Source of the DNA: a virus
Strand: one strand, 5' to 3'
Length of the DNA: 64,000 bases
Virus record (IMG/VR): IMGVR_UViG_3300029133_000263
Notes under the pieces: model-generated
Database searches by the model: none
What the model saw: the letters and a program-made list of their open reading frames with translations, nothing else
What the model was told of the DNA's origin: nothing
Translations under genes and position numbers: made by a program
Shown: piece after piece, positions 37,477-46,825 of the stretch
Layout of the letters: every line of letters starts with the position of its first letter
How positions within the stretch are numbered: position 1 is the stretch's first letter

Positions 37477-38076
37477 ATGAGCTATGAACCCATTATCACA
37501 CCGGGCAGGAATTTCTTTCTTGTCTCGACGGAGTACAAAGAGAGCAGCTCTGCCTGGTGCCGCAAGCAAATTAGAGCGACACTGAGGACCTGTCAGGGAC
37601 GAGTCATCATCATTGATGCAACGGGCGAGTACGCGGACTTGGCGCTTGAACATGACAGATTGATTCGAGAGAAAATCCCGTCCATCATTTATCGGTATAA
37701 GCTGGTGGACGGGAAACCGTATATTGCTCATGTCATTGAAGTTGATACGGAAGCAAATGAAGCACCGCACCTGATTGTATACGATATCAGCCGGACCATA
37801 ATCACCAGCTGGAAGGTCGGCGTGGAGGCAATTGATAAAATCCTACAATCCTATGCCGTGATGCAGGACAGTGAAATCGCGTGGCTGTATGTTCCGCTGG
37901 ACTTATATACCAATGTCAAGCCCGAAAGCGAATCCTGGAACATTTTGGAACGAACTATCAAGGGTAATGAAGGCAAGCTCATGACAGTACTGACGACTCG
38001 CAAATTCACCATTGGGATGGTCCAGCGCTGTTTGCATATGGCAAAAATCAAAAATAATTTGGAGGATAACAAATGA
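37477..38076 (+). CDS. hypothetical protein
   Basis: ORF; overlaps the next gene. Confidence 0.45.
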   Translation: MSYEPIITPGRNFFLVSTEYKESSSAWCRKQIRATLRTCQGRVIIIDATGEYADLALEHDRLIREKIPSIIYRYKLVDGKPYIAHVIEVDTEANEAPHLIVYDISRTIITSWKVGVEAIDKILQSYAVMQDSEIAWLYVPLDLYTNVKPESESWNILERTIKGNEGKLMTVLTTRKFTIGMVQRCLHMAKIKNNLEDNK

Positions 38077-38960
38077 CCAATGAACAGCTGAGAATCGCAT
38101 TGACGGCGAATGCCGTTACCAAACAAACCCGAAACCATTTTGGATTCAGTGACCCGTGTGGAAAAACGCTGGAAGAATACAACAAGTCCGCGATGCTGTG
38201 CTGCATGACAGCGGCGCAGAGAATGAACACGCCGGGTTTTGAGCGTGTTTTGGCTGCGCAGATTTTTCCCTGCTTTACCATTGGCTGCTGGAATCAGACG
38301 AAGACGGTCTATGATTTTGACTACGAGTTTCAGAAAATGCTGATGGATACGGATGACGTGGCAATTCATCAGGATATCCTGCAGCGACTCCCGGTTCGTG
38401 ATTTCTTTATCCCGGTGTATGACAGCTACGACTACAACGGTATGTTCGTGCATGTGGAATTCGACGAAAAAGAGAAAACCACAGCTTTCGGTATCGTTCT
38501 TGTCGGCCCCACTAAGGGCAGCCACGATGATTTCACGTTCCTGACTCTGCCTGCCTGGGCCAAGGAAAATCAGAGTTTGACGGAAGCAACTCGGAGCACG
38601 AAAGAATACCTGGAAAAGGCAGCAGGGCAGCGGCAAGTAAATGGTATCAGCGTACCGGCTGTGATGGAAGCAGTCCCTTCGGTCTTTGACGGCGGCACAC
38701 CTTATGTCCGGCTGGCAATCCTGTGCGCCAACTATCTTGCCAGCAAGAACCCTGATGTCTGCTTGGAAACTTCCAAAAAGCGTGACCGCCCGGTATTCGT
38801 GTTTCAGGGAAAGGCACAGCGAATCAACGTCAAGACATATACCGTTGGTGAGAATGCGGCCAAAGAATACAAAAAGAATGGGGAAGGCAAAACTCCCCGC
38901 TGGCGGCATTACTGGTGCGGCAATGGCCGGGAACGCCGGGAATGCAAGTTTATTTACTGA
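38073..38960 (+). CDS. hypothetical protein
   Basis: ORF. Confidence 0.45.
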   Translation: MTNEQLRIALTANAVTKQTRNHFGFSDPCGKTLEEYNKSAMLCCMTAAQRMNTPGFERVLAAQIFPCFTIGCWNQTKTVYDFDYEFQKMLMDTDDVAIHQDILQRLPVRDFFIPVYDSYDYNGMFVHVEFDEKEKTTAFGIVLVGPTKGSHDDFTFLTLPAWAKENQSLTEATRSTKEYLEKAAGQRQVNGISVPAVMEAVPSVFDGGTPYVRLAILCANYLASKNPDVCLETSKKRDRPVFVFQGKAQRINVKTYTVGENAAKEYKKNGEGKTPRWRHYWCGNGRERRECKFIY

Positions 38961-38978
38961 TGGCGGTGAGGGTGAATC

Positions 38979-39686
38979 ATGGCTCCCCATACTTATCAGG
39001 ACCCGATTGGGTTCTATGAATGGTTCGATGACCTTCCTTATGCTATCCAGGATAGTATTCTGAAACACCTGCCGCATATGGAAGACGAGGAATGGCTCAT
39101 TGTCATTATCCTTGCAGCTCTTCTTCTGATGATTCTGGTTTCAGCGTATCTGTGCTATGCAAGGCATAATGTCAGAAAGACGAGTGAACGACTCAACGCT
39201 CTGAAAGAACTGAATGCTGCAACAAAGTTTATACCGGTCGAGACGCAGTACCGATACTACCTACGCTCTGATACGAAACTGGAATACGAGGAGTTTTCAC
39301 TCCCGAAATTCTTCCGCCGCGAAGTGAGAGAAAACTTTAAGCTGTTCAACACTCTTCTTGGCAATGCTCGGGCAAACACGATATTTTATGAAACATACGG
39401 CCGCGAAATCCAGGAACTCCCGGATTGGACAGAATCGGATGACGATTGCGGGCGGCATATCCCGTTCTTCCTCTACCACAACATCGAGAAAGAGTTGTAC
39501 GATGAAACTGTCCTGGACTGCCCTGTAACGAGCCCTGAGTTTGTCTGTACGAAAAGCTATCTGCCCAAAGATGCCAAAGAGCCGATTGAGACGGAAGAAA
39601 CCTATACGCTGGAAGAGCTCGAAGAGTACATACGCCGCTTGAAGGTTGCAGCCGATGTCAAGAAGAACAGCCAGAACGCAGGCTGA
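38979..39686 (+). CDS. hypothetical membrane protein (single TM)
   Basis: WLIVIILAALLLMILVSAYLCYA helix. Confidence 0.45.
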   Translation: MAPHTYQDPIGFYEWFDDLPYAIQDSILKHLPHMEDEEWLIVIILAALLLMILVSAYLCYARHNVRKTSERLNALKELNAATKFIPVETQYRYYLRSDTKLEYEEFSLPKFFRREVRENFKLFNTLLGNARANTIFYETYGREIQELPDWTESDDDCGRHIPFFLYHNIEKELYDETVLDCPVTSPEFVCTKSYLPKDAKEPIETEETYTLEELEEYIRRLKVAADVKKNSQNAG

Positions 39687-39825
39687 AAAAAGTCAGCAGC
39701 CATAAGCAAGAAGCAGGGCCCTGTGTTTCATGGTTCCAGAACGTCTTCCCACCTTAATTTTACCAGTACTTTGATATTTTGTGGCCATTGACAAACGGCG
39801 CAAAAGGTGCTTGGGTTAAAAGCCC

Positions 39826-39853
39826 TTGCAAAAAAGTGCAATATCCATATAAT
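39826..39853 (+). promoter_or_regulatory. family promoter, degenerate (TTGCAA-N16-TATAAT, spacer AAAAGTGCAATATCCA)
   Basis: read directly. Confidence 0.5.
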
Positions 39854-39880
39854 AAGAAATCCAAAAGGGAGATACACATT

Positions 39881-40489
39881 ATGAGTGAACAGAAAGAAAA
39901 TGCTCAGCTCGAAGCTTATCGGAAGCTCGTTGAAGATTTCAAGCGCTTCGTCAGTTCTGAAATTCGGGCAGAAGAGAACAGCTACAGGATTGTGGACATG
40001 ACTTCCGAAGATGCCGAAATCGATGACCCGAGCGTTCCGGTGACTCAACTGGAGGACGAAAAAGCAGAGAAGCTTGCCGGTATCTGCATGGACCTGTCCA
40101 ACGCTACGCTGTGGCTCTACTACAACCGCGATAAGTTTGCGAACGTTGAGTTTATGCCTCTGAAAGAGGAGACTTTGAAGGAATACCAGAAGCAGGCTCA
40201 GAATGCTCTGAATGAGCCGAAGAGCCCGCTGTTCCTGAAATCCTGGTATCAGCTCATTGAAATGTTGAGTCAGGAATGTATCCCGCAGCGCTACGAGGAC
40301 GACGGTCAGCGATATACAGACGTCTATGTGAACACCTATATGCTCATGTACCTGACCATGACCCGACTCAAGAACGGCGGAACTTTTACACGCCTTGCAA
40401 ACGGGCAGGGAAGCGATGCTGTGAAAATCACGACCATCGCAATGTACTACTTCTCCAGCCTTTTGACGGTTCTCTGCACCGAGTACTAA
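39881..40489 (+). CDS. hypothetical protein
   Basis: AAAAGGGAGA RBS. Confidence 0.45.
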   Translation: MSEQKENAQLEAYRKLVEDFKRFVSSEIRAEENSYRIVDMTSEDAEIDDPSVPVTQLEDEKAEKLAGICMDLSNATLWLYYNRDKFANVEFMPLKEETLKEYQKQAQNALNEPKSPLFLKSWYQLIEMLSQECIPQRYEDDGQRYTDVYVNTYMLMYLTMTRLKNGGTFTRLANGQGSDAVKITTIAMYYFSSLLTVLCTEY

Positions 40490-40546
40490 GCAGCATTTTC
40501 CCGCGTGAGTGATAGCGCTCATGCGGGAATTTTTTGTAATTTTCTA

Positions 40547-40574
40547 TTGCTAATCTGTGCGAATTGCGTACAAT
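40547..40574 (+). promoter_or_regulatory. family promoter (TTGCTA-N16-TACAAT, spacer ATCTGTGCGAATTGCG)
   Basis: read directly. Confidence 0.6.
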
Positions 40575-40644
40575 AGCAAATATAAAGTAGAAGTATATCG
40601 AATCGCTGCCCCGCATGAATTGCTTGTGCGGGGCTTTTTGTTTG
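40575..40644 (+). ncRNA. ~60-nt leader ending in an intrinsic terminator (GCCCCGCA..TGCGGGGC + T-run)
   Basis: promoter-proximal hairpin + U-tract directly before the 40659 gene. Confidence 0.4.
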
Positions 40645-40658
40645 CGGAAAGGAAATGC

Positions 40659-40859
40659 ATGATGTACGGTTTATCAGAAGAGAGCTTAACGATTGTTGGT
40701 GTTATTTTGATTGTGGTTGGTGTCGCTATGATTGGTTGGGGATTTGAATGGAATCAGGACATTACCAATGATAAACGGGTCGGAACCGTTGTCAGAGACA
40801 TTGGCGTTATGGTTTTGGCAACCGGCATCATATTTGTGATGCAGCGGGCAATGAACTAA
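40659..40859 (+). CDS. small two-TM membrane protein
   Basis: 66 aa, hydrophobic. Confidence 0.4.
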   Translation: MMYGLSEESLTIVGVILIVVGVAMIGWGFEWNQDITNDKRVGTVVRDIGVMVLATGIIFVMQRAMN

Positions 40860-40873
40860 ATTGGGAAAATGTA

Positions 40874-40907
40874 AGGCAGGCTCATTTCGGGCCTGCTTGT
40901 TTTTTTA
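40874..40907 (+). terminator. intrinsic terminator
   Basis: GGCAGGC..GCCTGC stem followed by T8. Confidence 0.6.
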
Positions 40908-40915
40908 GGTGAAAT

Positions 40916-43111
40916 ATGACAATGACAAAGAAGATTGACTCCCGGCCCTACCAACAGGAAGCTGCTGCAGCGATTCACAGGGAGTGGGATGCCGGGAATA
41001 AGAAAACGCTGGTTGTGATGCCGACCGGAACCGGCAAAACTATTGTGTTTGCAAGCATCGTGAACGACCAGGTGGCAAAGGGCGAACACGTTTTGATTCT
41101 TGCGCACCGGGAAGAGCTTTTACAGCAGGCAAGCGACAAGCTCAAGATGGTGACGGGGCTAGAGACCGCGTTAGAGAAAGCACAAAGCTCGGCGCTCGAT
41201 TCCGATAAGATGGTCGTGGTTGCCAGTGTACAGACTCTCTCTAAGCAGAATCGGTTAATGAAGTATCCGCGTGATTATTTCGGGACTATCATCATTGATG
41301 AAGCGCATCACACGGCAACCAAAACTTACAAGGGAATTCTCGAGCATTTCATCGATGCCAAAGTGTTGGGCGTGACCGCAACACCCGACCGAAGCGACAT
41401 GAAATCCCTATCTGATATCTTTGATAGTCTTGCATTTGAATATAAGCTTCCGGATGCAATTCGGGAAGGTTATCTCTGCAAAATCAACACGAAGACGATT
41501 CCTGTCAAGGTGGATATCAGCAAAGTCCATATCAACGCCGGTGATTTCAGTGCTCAGGACCTCGGCAATGTTCTTGACCTGTATCTGGACACGATTGCGG
41601 ATGCCATTGTACGAGAATGCCAGAACCGAAAGACCGTTATCTTTACGCCTCTGGTACGAATCAGCAAAAGACTGTGCAATATCCTCAATAAGCGGAACTT
41701 CAAGACTGCAGAAGTCAATGGCGCGTCTGCGGACCGCGAGGACGTTCTGAAAGGATTCGACAACGGCGAGTACAAGGCGCTCACGAACGCGATGCTTCTG
41801 ACGGAAGGCTGGGATTGCCCGACCGTTGACTGCATCATTTGCCTGCGTCCTACCAGGAGCCGCAGCCTGTATGCGCAGATTGTGGGACGCGGAACACGTC
41901 TGTGTGAAGGGAAAAAGAATCTTCTCGTGCTGGATTTCCTGTGGCTGACAAAGAAACATAGTCTTTGCCATCCTGCTGATATTTTCTGTGAAGACCAAGA
42001 AGTGGCACAAAAGACCACCGATATGCTGGCGGATGCGGCACTCACCGGTTCGAATAGCCAGGAGAATTTCGGGAGTCCTGAATTGGGGCTGATTGAGGCA
42101 ATCGAGGAAGCACAGACTGAGCTGGACGAGGAAAAGCGGAAAGCACTGTGTGAACTCGAAAAGCAGGATACGATTCAGCGTAAACTCCAGGCACAGCGTC
42201 AAAAGCCGAGAGGGCTCGTTGACCCTCTGCAGTATATCTTCAGCATCGAAGCGCCGGAACTCAACGACTATCAGCCGATGTTTGAGAGTGAGAGGCAGGA
42301 GCCTTCCGATGACATCATCGATAGTATTTCGTGCTACGGCGTAAAAGGGGATGCCATCAAATCTCAGGGCCTTGCCGCTGCAATTCTCAAACGACTCATT
42401 GCTCGCAGAGCCAGCGGAATGGCTACCCCGAAACAGATTCGGTGTCTTGAAAGTTTTGGGTTCGTCCATGTTGGGCGCTGGACAATGCAGTATGCAAGCA
42501 GTTTCCTGAACGTCATCAGTTCTCATGACTGGGAGCTTCCAAATGGGTTCGACGCATCTACGCTGGACCCGGAAAAGAATACGGCGGACGACCTCGCCAA
42601 GCTGTATCCAGACTACAAGGAGGATGAGACGAAGAAAGCACCGCGTGGGGATGCTTTCATCTGCTGCTACTACGATGCAGGGTATAATTTAGCACGCAAG
42701 AAGGTCTGCAGCAGCGAGAAAGAAATGCTTAATATGTATTATTCGCTGTTCAACAATTGTGAAGCAAAGTACTTCTATTATATGAAGGAAGCTGATGCCT
42801 GGATGGCAGAAAAGCAGAATCTAATTGCCAGAAAGACCGGAACACCGATTTCTGCCGCACAGCCGACTCAGGCAACACCCGCAGTACCTCCTCCCTTTGT
42901 CCCGACAGCTCCCGCCAAGAGCCACGAATATTACTGCTGCCTTGCCCGATGGGATGGGTCCTACATTGGCTATGAAACTTACAAGAGTGAGCAGGCAGCA
43001 CAGAATGCCCGAAAGCAGATTGCCCGGCGCGGTGAGACGGCTGTGTATGCCACAGTAGAGGAAGCTGAAGCGTGGGTTGACAAGCAGAAGGCCGCAAGAA
43101 CTAGGAGGTAA
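40916..43111 (+). CDS. SF2 DEAH/ResIII-type helicase with ~350-aa C-terminal extension
   Basis: motif I VVMPTGTGKT, motif II IIIDEAHH, motif III GVTATPDR, motif VI QIVGRGTR. Confidence 0.8.
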   Translation: MTMTKKIDSRPYQQEAAAAIHREWDAGNKKTLVVMPTGTGKTIVFASIVNDQVAKGEHVLILAHREELLQQASDKLKMVTGLETALEKAQSSALDSDKMVVVASVQTLSKQNRLMKYPRDYFGTIIIDEAHHTATKTYKGILEHFIDAKVLGVTATPDRSDMKSLSDIFDSLAFEYKLPDAIREGYLCKINTKTIPVKVDISKVHINAGDFSAQDLGNVLDLYLDTIADAIVRECQNRKTVIFTPLVRISKRLCNILNKRNFKTAEVNGASADREDVLKGFDNGEYKALTNAMLLTEGWDCPTVDCIICLRPTRSRSLYAQIVGRGTRLCEGKKNLLVLDFLWLTKKHSLCHPADIFCEDQEVAQKTTDMLADAALTGSNSQENFGSPELGLIEAIEEAQTELDEEKRKALCELEKQDTIQRKLQAQRQKPRGLVDPLQYIFSIEAPELNDYQPMFESERQEPSDDIIDSISCYGVKGDAIKSQGLAAAILKRLIARRASGMATPKQIRCLESFGFVHVGRWTMQYASSFLNVISSHDWELPNGFDASTLDPEKNTADDLAKLYPDYKEDETKKAPRGDAFICCYYDAGYNLARKKVCSSEKEMLNMYYSLFNNCEAKYFYYMKEADAWMAEKQNLIARKTGTPISAAQPTQATPAVPPPFVPTAPAKSHEYYCCLARWDGSYIGYETYKSEQAAQNARKQIARRGETAVYATVEEAEAWVDKQKAARTRR

Positions 43112-43115
43112 TCAT

Positions 43116-43670
43116 ATGCGTACAGACAAGACGGCAAGCCACATTTGCTACGAGCTTGACCACGATGTGCAGGAATATGCGAAACGGCTTTTAGCCAAAA
43201 AAATTCTGCACGCGGCACAGCAGGACAATGCCGTTCCGTTCCCTGATGAAACGGCAAAGAGAATTGCCGAGACGGCGGTGTTTCTGACCGAACGCCTCAC
43301 GCTTTTGTATGAGGTCAGTTCTGGCTTTCGAGGCATTCGGTTCAGCGATTCCGGGAAACAACCCGCTGTTTATACTACCATGGTTCAGCGCAATGCTCCT
43401 TTGTACGATGAGCCGATGCTTGGGCGGGCCTACAACCTCGCCAGCTTCCTTGCCGCTGAAAATGCGGATATCAGAGAAGTGGTTTTGATGAAGCATGGGG
43501 TTTTGGCGGCAATTTATAATGCTGCTGCGCACATGAAAGAGCGGACTCCGGAGCCGGGGAAAATCACGGTTCAGAGCCAGCTGTTTGTGTCCACGGCGGT
43601 TGAGCTGTTCGATGGCCTTTCGGATGCGGCGACAGAAAAGAAGAACGACAGCGATAAAAGCGCTGCCTGA
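43116..43670 (+). CDS. hypothetical protein
   Basis: AGGAGG RBS. Confidence 0.5.
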   Translation: MRTDKTASHICYELDHDVQEYAKRLLAKKILHAAQQDNAVPFPDETAKRIAETAVFLTERLTLLYEVSSGFRGIRFSDSGKQPAVYTTMVQRNAPLYDEPMLGRAYNLASFLAAENADIREVVLMKHGVLAAIYNAAAHMKERTPEPGKITVQSQLFVSTAVELFDGLSDAATEKKNDSDKSAA

Positions 43671-43692
43671 GCTATAAATTAGGAGAATTTGT

Positions 43693-44145
43693 ATGATTCG
43701 ATTCAGAAAAGATACCCCTCGCTACTGGTTTATGAGTAACTATTATCCTTGCGAATTCGTGATGGATGGGATTCGTTACAAGAATGCCGAAGCAGCGTTT
43801 CAGAGCCACAAGGTTCCGCTGGAAGAGCGCAAACAATTTTCAGACATGCCTCCGGCAACGGCTAAGCATTTTGGCCGTCATGTGGCTTTTCCTGCCAACT
43901 GGGACGAAACCCGGGACGATGTAATGCGCCGCGTGGTGATGGCCAAATTCGAGCAGAATGAGGACCTCAAACAGCGCCTCCTCGAAACGGGTACGCAGCC
44001 TATTGAGGAAGACACGACCAGCTGGCATGACAACTATTGGGGCAACTGCCACTGCCCGAAATGCCGGAACATCCCGGGCCAGAATCGGCTCGGTATCATT
44101 CTGATGGAAACCAGGGACAAGCTGAAAAAGCAAGCGGCCAAATAA
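43693..44145 (+). CDS. NADAR / YbiA-like (DUF1768) domain protein
   Basis: FMSNYYPCEFVMDGIRYKNAEAAFQSHK closely follows the YbiA/NADAR N-terminal signature. Confidence 0.65.
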   Translation: MIRFRKDTPRYWFMSNYYPCEFVMDGIRYKNAEAAFQSHKVPLEERKQFSDMPPATAKHFGRHVAFPANWDETRDDVMRRVVMAKFEQNEDLKQRLLETGTQPIEEDTTSWHDNYWGNCHCPKCRNIPGQNRLGIILMETRDKLKKQAAK

Positions 44146-44260
44146 TGCTTGCAATGGCTTGCGGGTTCCATGTAATTAAAGGTGTAATCAAAAAGAATTA
44201 TCTTTTGCGAGGACTCCGTTGCTGACGGCGTTCTCGTTCTCTTTTTTTACAAAGACAAAA

Positions 44261-44298
44261 GGCTGCCGCCCATCATGGGCAGCAGCCTTCTTTTTTTG
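44261..44298. terminator. bidirectional intrinsic terminator
   Basis: GGCTGCCGCCCATCATGGGCAGCAGCC followed by a T-run. Confidence 0.6.
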
Positions 44299-44348
44299 TT
44301 TGTATCAACCGATAGGGCAGCAAATCATCTTGCCGCATTCAGAACGAC

Positions 44349-46235
44349 TCACTGAACAACCTCGCCAAGGTCGTTTGCATATTTCGGGTCACACATCATG
44401 AAGTAGTTGACGGGGCCGTACTCCAGACCGAGCTCCTGCGCGTATGCCTTGATGGCTTCCAGGACGTCCTCTTTCTTGAGGCCAAACTTGGAATGCAGAC
44501 GGGCAAACTCTTTGTCAGAGACAGAAACGCAAGAGCAATTTTCTGCATCGGTTTCTTTGCTGCCCAGCATCCCGTCAAAGATGTCCTGTCCTGCACAGAG
44601 AATCGTCTCATTGTTCATCACATAGGCGATAACGGAAGCCTTACAGTCAAAGTCGCTGTCTTCCACAAGGAAATCCTCAGGGCGGCCGTGACGTTCAACA
44701 ACGTTTTCATAGATGTCCCGGAGTTCGATAGGAGCAGAAGGAGCGGTCAGCGCTGCTTTATGAAGGCGCATGAATTCCACGAACTTTTCATCCGAGAGGG
44801 TATCGGTATAAAAGCCGATGCCGGAAACGCGAACCTTCACTTCGCTGGCAAAGTAATCGTCAATTTTGGAGACGATTTTCTGCTGGACCCGCTTGTATGC
44901 TTCCTGAACATTGGAAGCCGTGTAAAATACCGGAAACTTCATGATGTCGATTTCCTCCGGCAGACTCGCGTCATAGGCCGCATCAATGCCGCCTCGCAGC
45001 GCCGGAACCGCGTCATGCAGCTCTTTCACAGAAGAAATGTATCCGGTAATGTACAGCTCATCGTTTTTGCTGTAATGCCCGATAAGTCCCACATAGAGGG
45101 TCTGCATCAGCATCCGCTTGAAGCTGAACCAGCAAAGTCGAATAGGAAGAATGACGTTTGCGGCCGAACCTTCCGCGTGATAGTTGCTGGGTGCAGAGAC
45201 CTTTTCCAGCAGAATCTGGCCGTTCTTGTCACCGTATTTTTCCTTGAAAAGAGCTTGAAGAATTTCAGTGGACGAAAGAGGAGTGGACATTGGAATCGTT
45301 TCATTCAGAAAAGAGAGGAATGCATCCACGTTGTCTTTCTGCCATGCGTCATCAGACATGCTTGCACGCTGCATAGAGAGCTTGTCTTTCCCGTCGTCAG
45401 GCAAGGGCTCATACCCACAGGCGATACGAAGCTCGTTCTCCGTGACAGCATCCGTTGCGCTTGCAATTTTCTTGAGGGTGTTTTCGGTCGGCTGAGCTTT
45501 TGCGTTGCCATTCACGAGGCTGCTGATATACCCACGAGTCAGTCCTGCCTGAAACGCAAACTTACCCTGTGTTCGGGTTCCGATGGCTTTTTTGACCAGC
45601 GATGCCAGCCTTTGAAAGTCGGGCTCTTTGGGAAAGGTGGCCTCCGTATCCTTATTGCTGTTCTTTTCAAGTACCGACTTGTCCCAACCGGTGACAAGAG
45701 AATACCCAATATCCTTCAAGGATTGGTAGGCAACCCCGTTCTGGTCAAGAGCCGGGGAGAATGTACCGCTGTTATCTTCCAGCTGCTCTACTGCCTCACG
45801 CACCATCCTTGCTTCGTTCATCAGGATGACGTCCGGGGCTTCAAGCCGGGCAAGACTCTTGTACCGACTATTGAGGCGCTCGACTCGTGCGGCCAATGCA
45901 GTGATGTTGGCAACTTGGCCCTTCGTTGCATGGGCAGAGATATCTGCACCAAGTTCAAAATGGTTCAGTGCAGGAATATCCACGCTTTTGCTCTTGGCGA
46001 ATTCCACAATGGCTTCCGCGCCATAGAAACGCTTCTCATGGGCTGCGACAACTTTCGTTATCGTGTCGGCCGAGTTGTCCAGCTCAAGCACTTCACCTTT
46101 TCCGGCATCCTCGACATAACACCTGGCGTTGGTGAGAAAGCCTTTCAAAAAATCAGCATCCACATCCAGCTTCTTAGCGATGCCGGGCAGCTGCTTATAG
46201 AAAATCACGGGTGTGGCGAGGTTAACAGAAATCAT
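44349..46235 (-). CDS. large (628 aa) protein with central XRE-family HTH domain; candidate element regulator
   Basis: HTH_3-like segment GKFAFQAGLTRGYISSLVNGNAKAQPTENTLKKIA; divergent from tandem family promoters. Confidence 0.6.
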   Translation of the reverse strand: MISVNLATPVIFYKQLPGIAKKLDVDADFLKGFLTNARCYVEDAGKGEVLELDNSADTITKVVAAHEKRFYGAEAIVEFAKSKSVDIPALNHFELGADISAHATKGQVANITALAARVERLNSRYKSLARLEAPDVILMNEARMVREAVEQLEDNSGTFSPALDQNGVAYQSLKDIGYSLVTGWDKSVLEKNSNKDTEATFPKEPDFQRLASLVKKAIGTRTQGKFAFQAGLTRGYISSLVNGNAKAQPTENTLKKIASATDAVTENELRIACGYEPLPDDGKDKLSMQRASMSDDAWQKDNVDAFLSFLNETIPMSTPLSSTEILQALFKEKYGDKNGQILLEKVSAPSNYHAEGSAANVILPIRLCWFSFKRMLMQTLYVGLIGHYSKNDELYITGYISSVKELHDAVPALRGGIDAAYDASLPEEIDIMKFPVFYTASNVQEAYKRVQQKIVSKIDDYFASEVKVRVSGIGFYTDTLSDEKFVEFMRLHKAALTAPSAPIELRDIYENVVERHGRPEDFLVEDSDFDCKASVIAYVMNNETILCAGQDIFDGMLGSKETDAENCSCVSVSDKEFARLHSKFGLKKEDVLEAIKAYAQELGLEYGPVNYFMMCDPKYANDLGEVVQ

Positions 46236-46472
46236 GGTGTACTCCTTTCAAATATGTCATTAGGTGTACAATGCTGTCATCTTCTGTAATTATAATAGCA
46301 CATCCCGCACCAAAAAGCAAGCAAGAATTTACAATAAATGACAAGAAAATACACGAGATGACATATTTGAGTGTGACGGCTGATTTTTGAGTCTTTCCTG
46401 TTCAGCAGCGGAACAAGCCTTGTGCGTCTTGTCTATGCCATGACTTTGCCACTGTTTTGCCACAGTTTTGCC

Positions 46473-46500
46473 TTGTGCATCCGTGCAAATTGAATATTAT
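46473..46500 (+). promoter_or_regulatory. family promoter (TTGTGC-N16-TATTAT, spacer ATCCGTGCAAATTGAA)
   Basis: read directly. Confidence 0.55.
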
Positions 46501-46560
46501 TGTAAATATAGGATGAATCAGTGTGAGCTGCAGAGATTAGGAATTCTGCGGCTCTTTCTT
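46501..46560 (+). ncRNA. ~58-nt transcript ending in a terminator (GAGCTGCAGAG..TCTGCGGCTC + T-run); tandem copy 1
   Basis: starts AAATATAGGA; no ORF. Confidence 0.4.
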
Positions 46561-46688
46561 ATGTGGCCCCTAAAAGTCGTGATAAATGCACGCGTGCGTT
46601 CTAAAAATGTGTGCGTGCGTTTTTTGTGTATTTTCACGCATTTATCGCTCGTTATTTGTGTGGGGTAGTGTTTTGCCATAATTTTGCC

Positions 46689-46716
46689 TTGTGCATCCGT
46701 GCGAATTAAATATGAT
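46689..46716 (+). promoter_or_regulatory. family promoter (TTGTGC-N16-TATGAT, spacer ATCCGTGCGAATTAAA)
   Basis: read directly. Confidence 0.55.
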
Positions 46717-46779
46717 AAGAAATATAAGATAAATAAGTGTGAGCCGTAGAGATTGAGTTTCTGCGGCTCCTTTCTTTTG
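46717..46779 (+). ncRNA. ~60-nt transcript ending in a terminator; tandem copy 2, followed by a second hairpin terminator at 46784-46821
   Basis: GAGCCGTAGAG..CTGCGGCTC + T-run. Confidence 0.4.
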
Positions 46780-46825
46780 TGGTCCCCATGCGGATGAAAA
46801 TGTCTGCGTGGGGTTTTTTTTAATT

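Noticed and set aside
44349-46235. ImmA-like metalloprotease fused to the HTH (ImmR-ImmA style) in the 628-aa regulator
   Set aside because: No HExxH motif was found in the sequence, so the protease idea is unsupported.
46468-46668. 66-aa ORF spanning the tandem sRNA/terminator region
   Set aside because: It runs through two promoters and three terminator hairpins. It has Cys/Arg-rich low-complexity sequence and no RBS.
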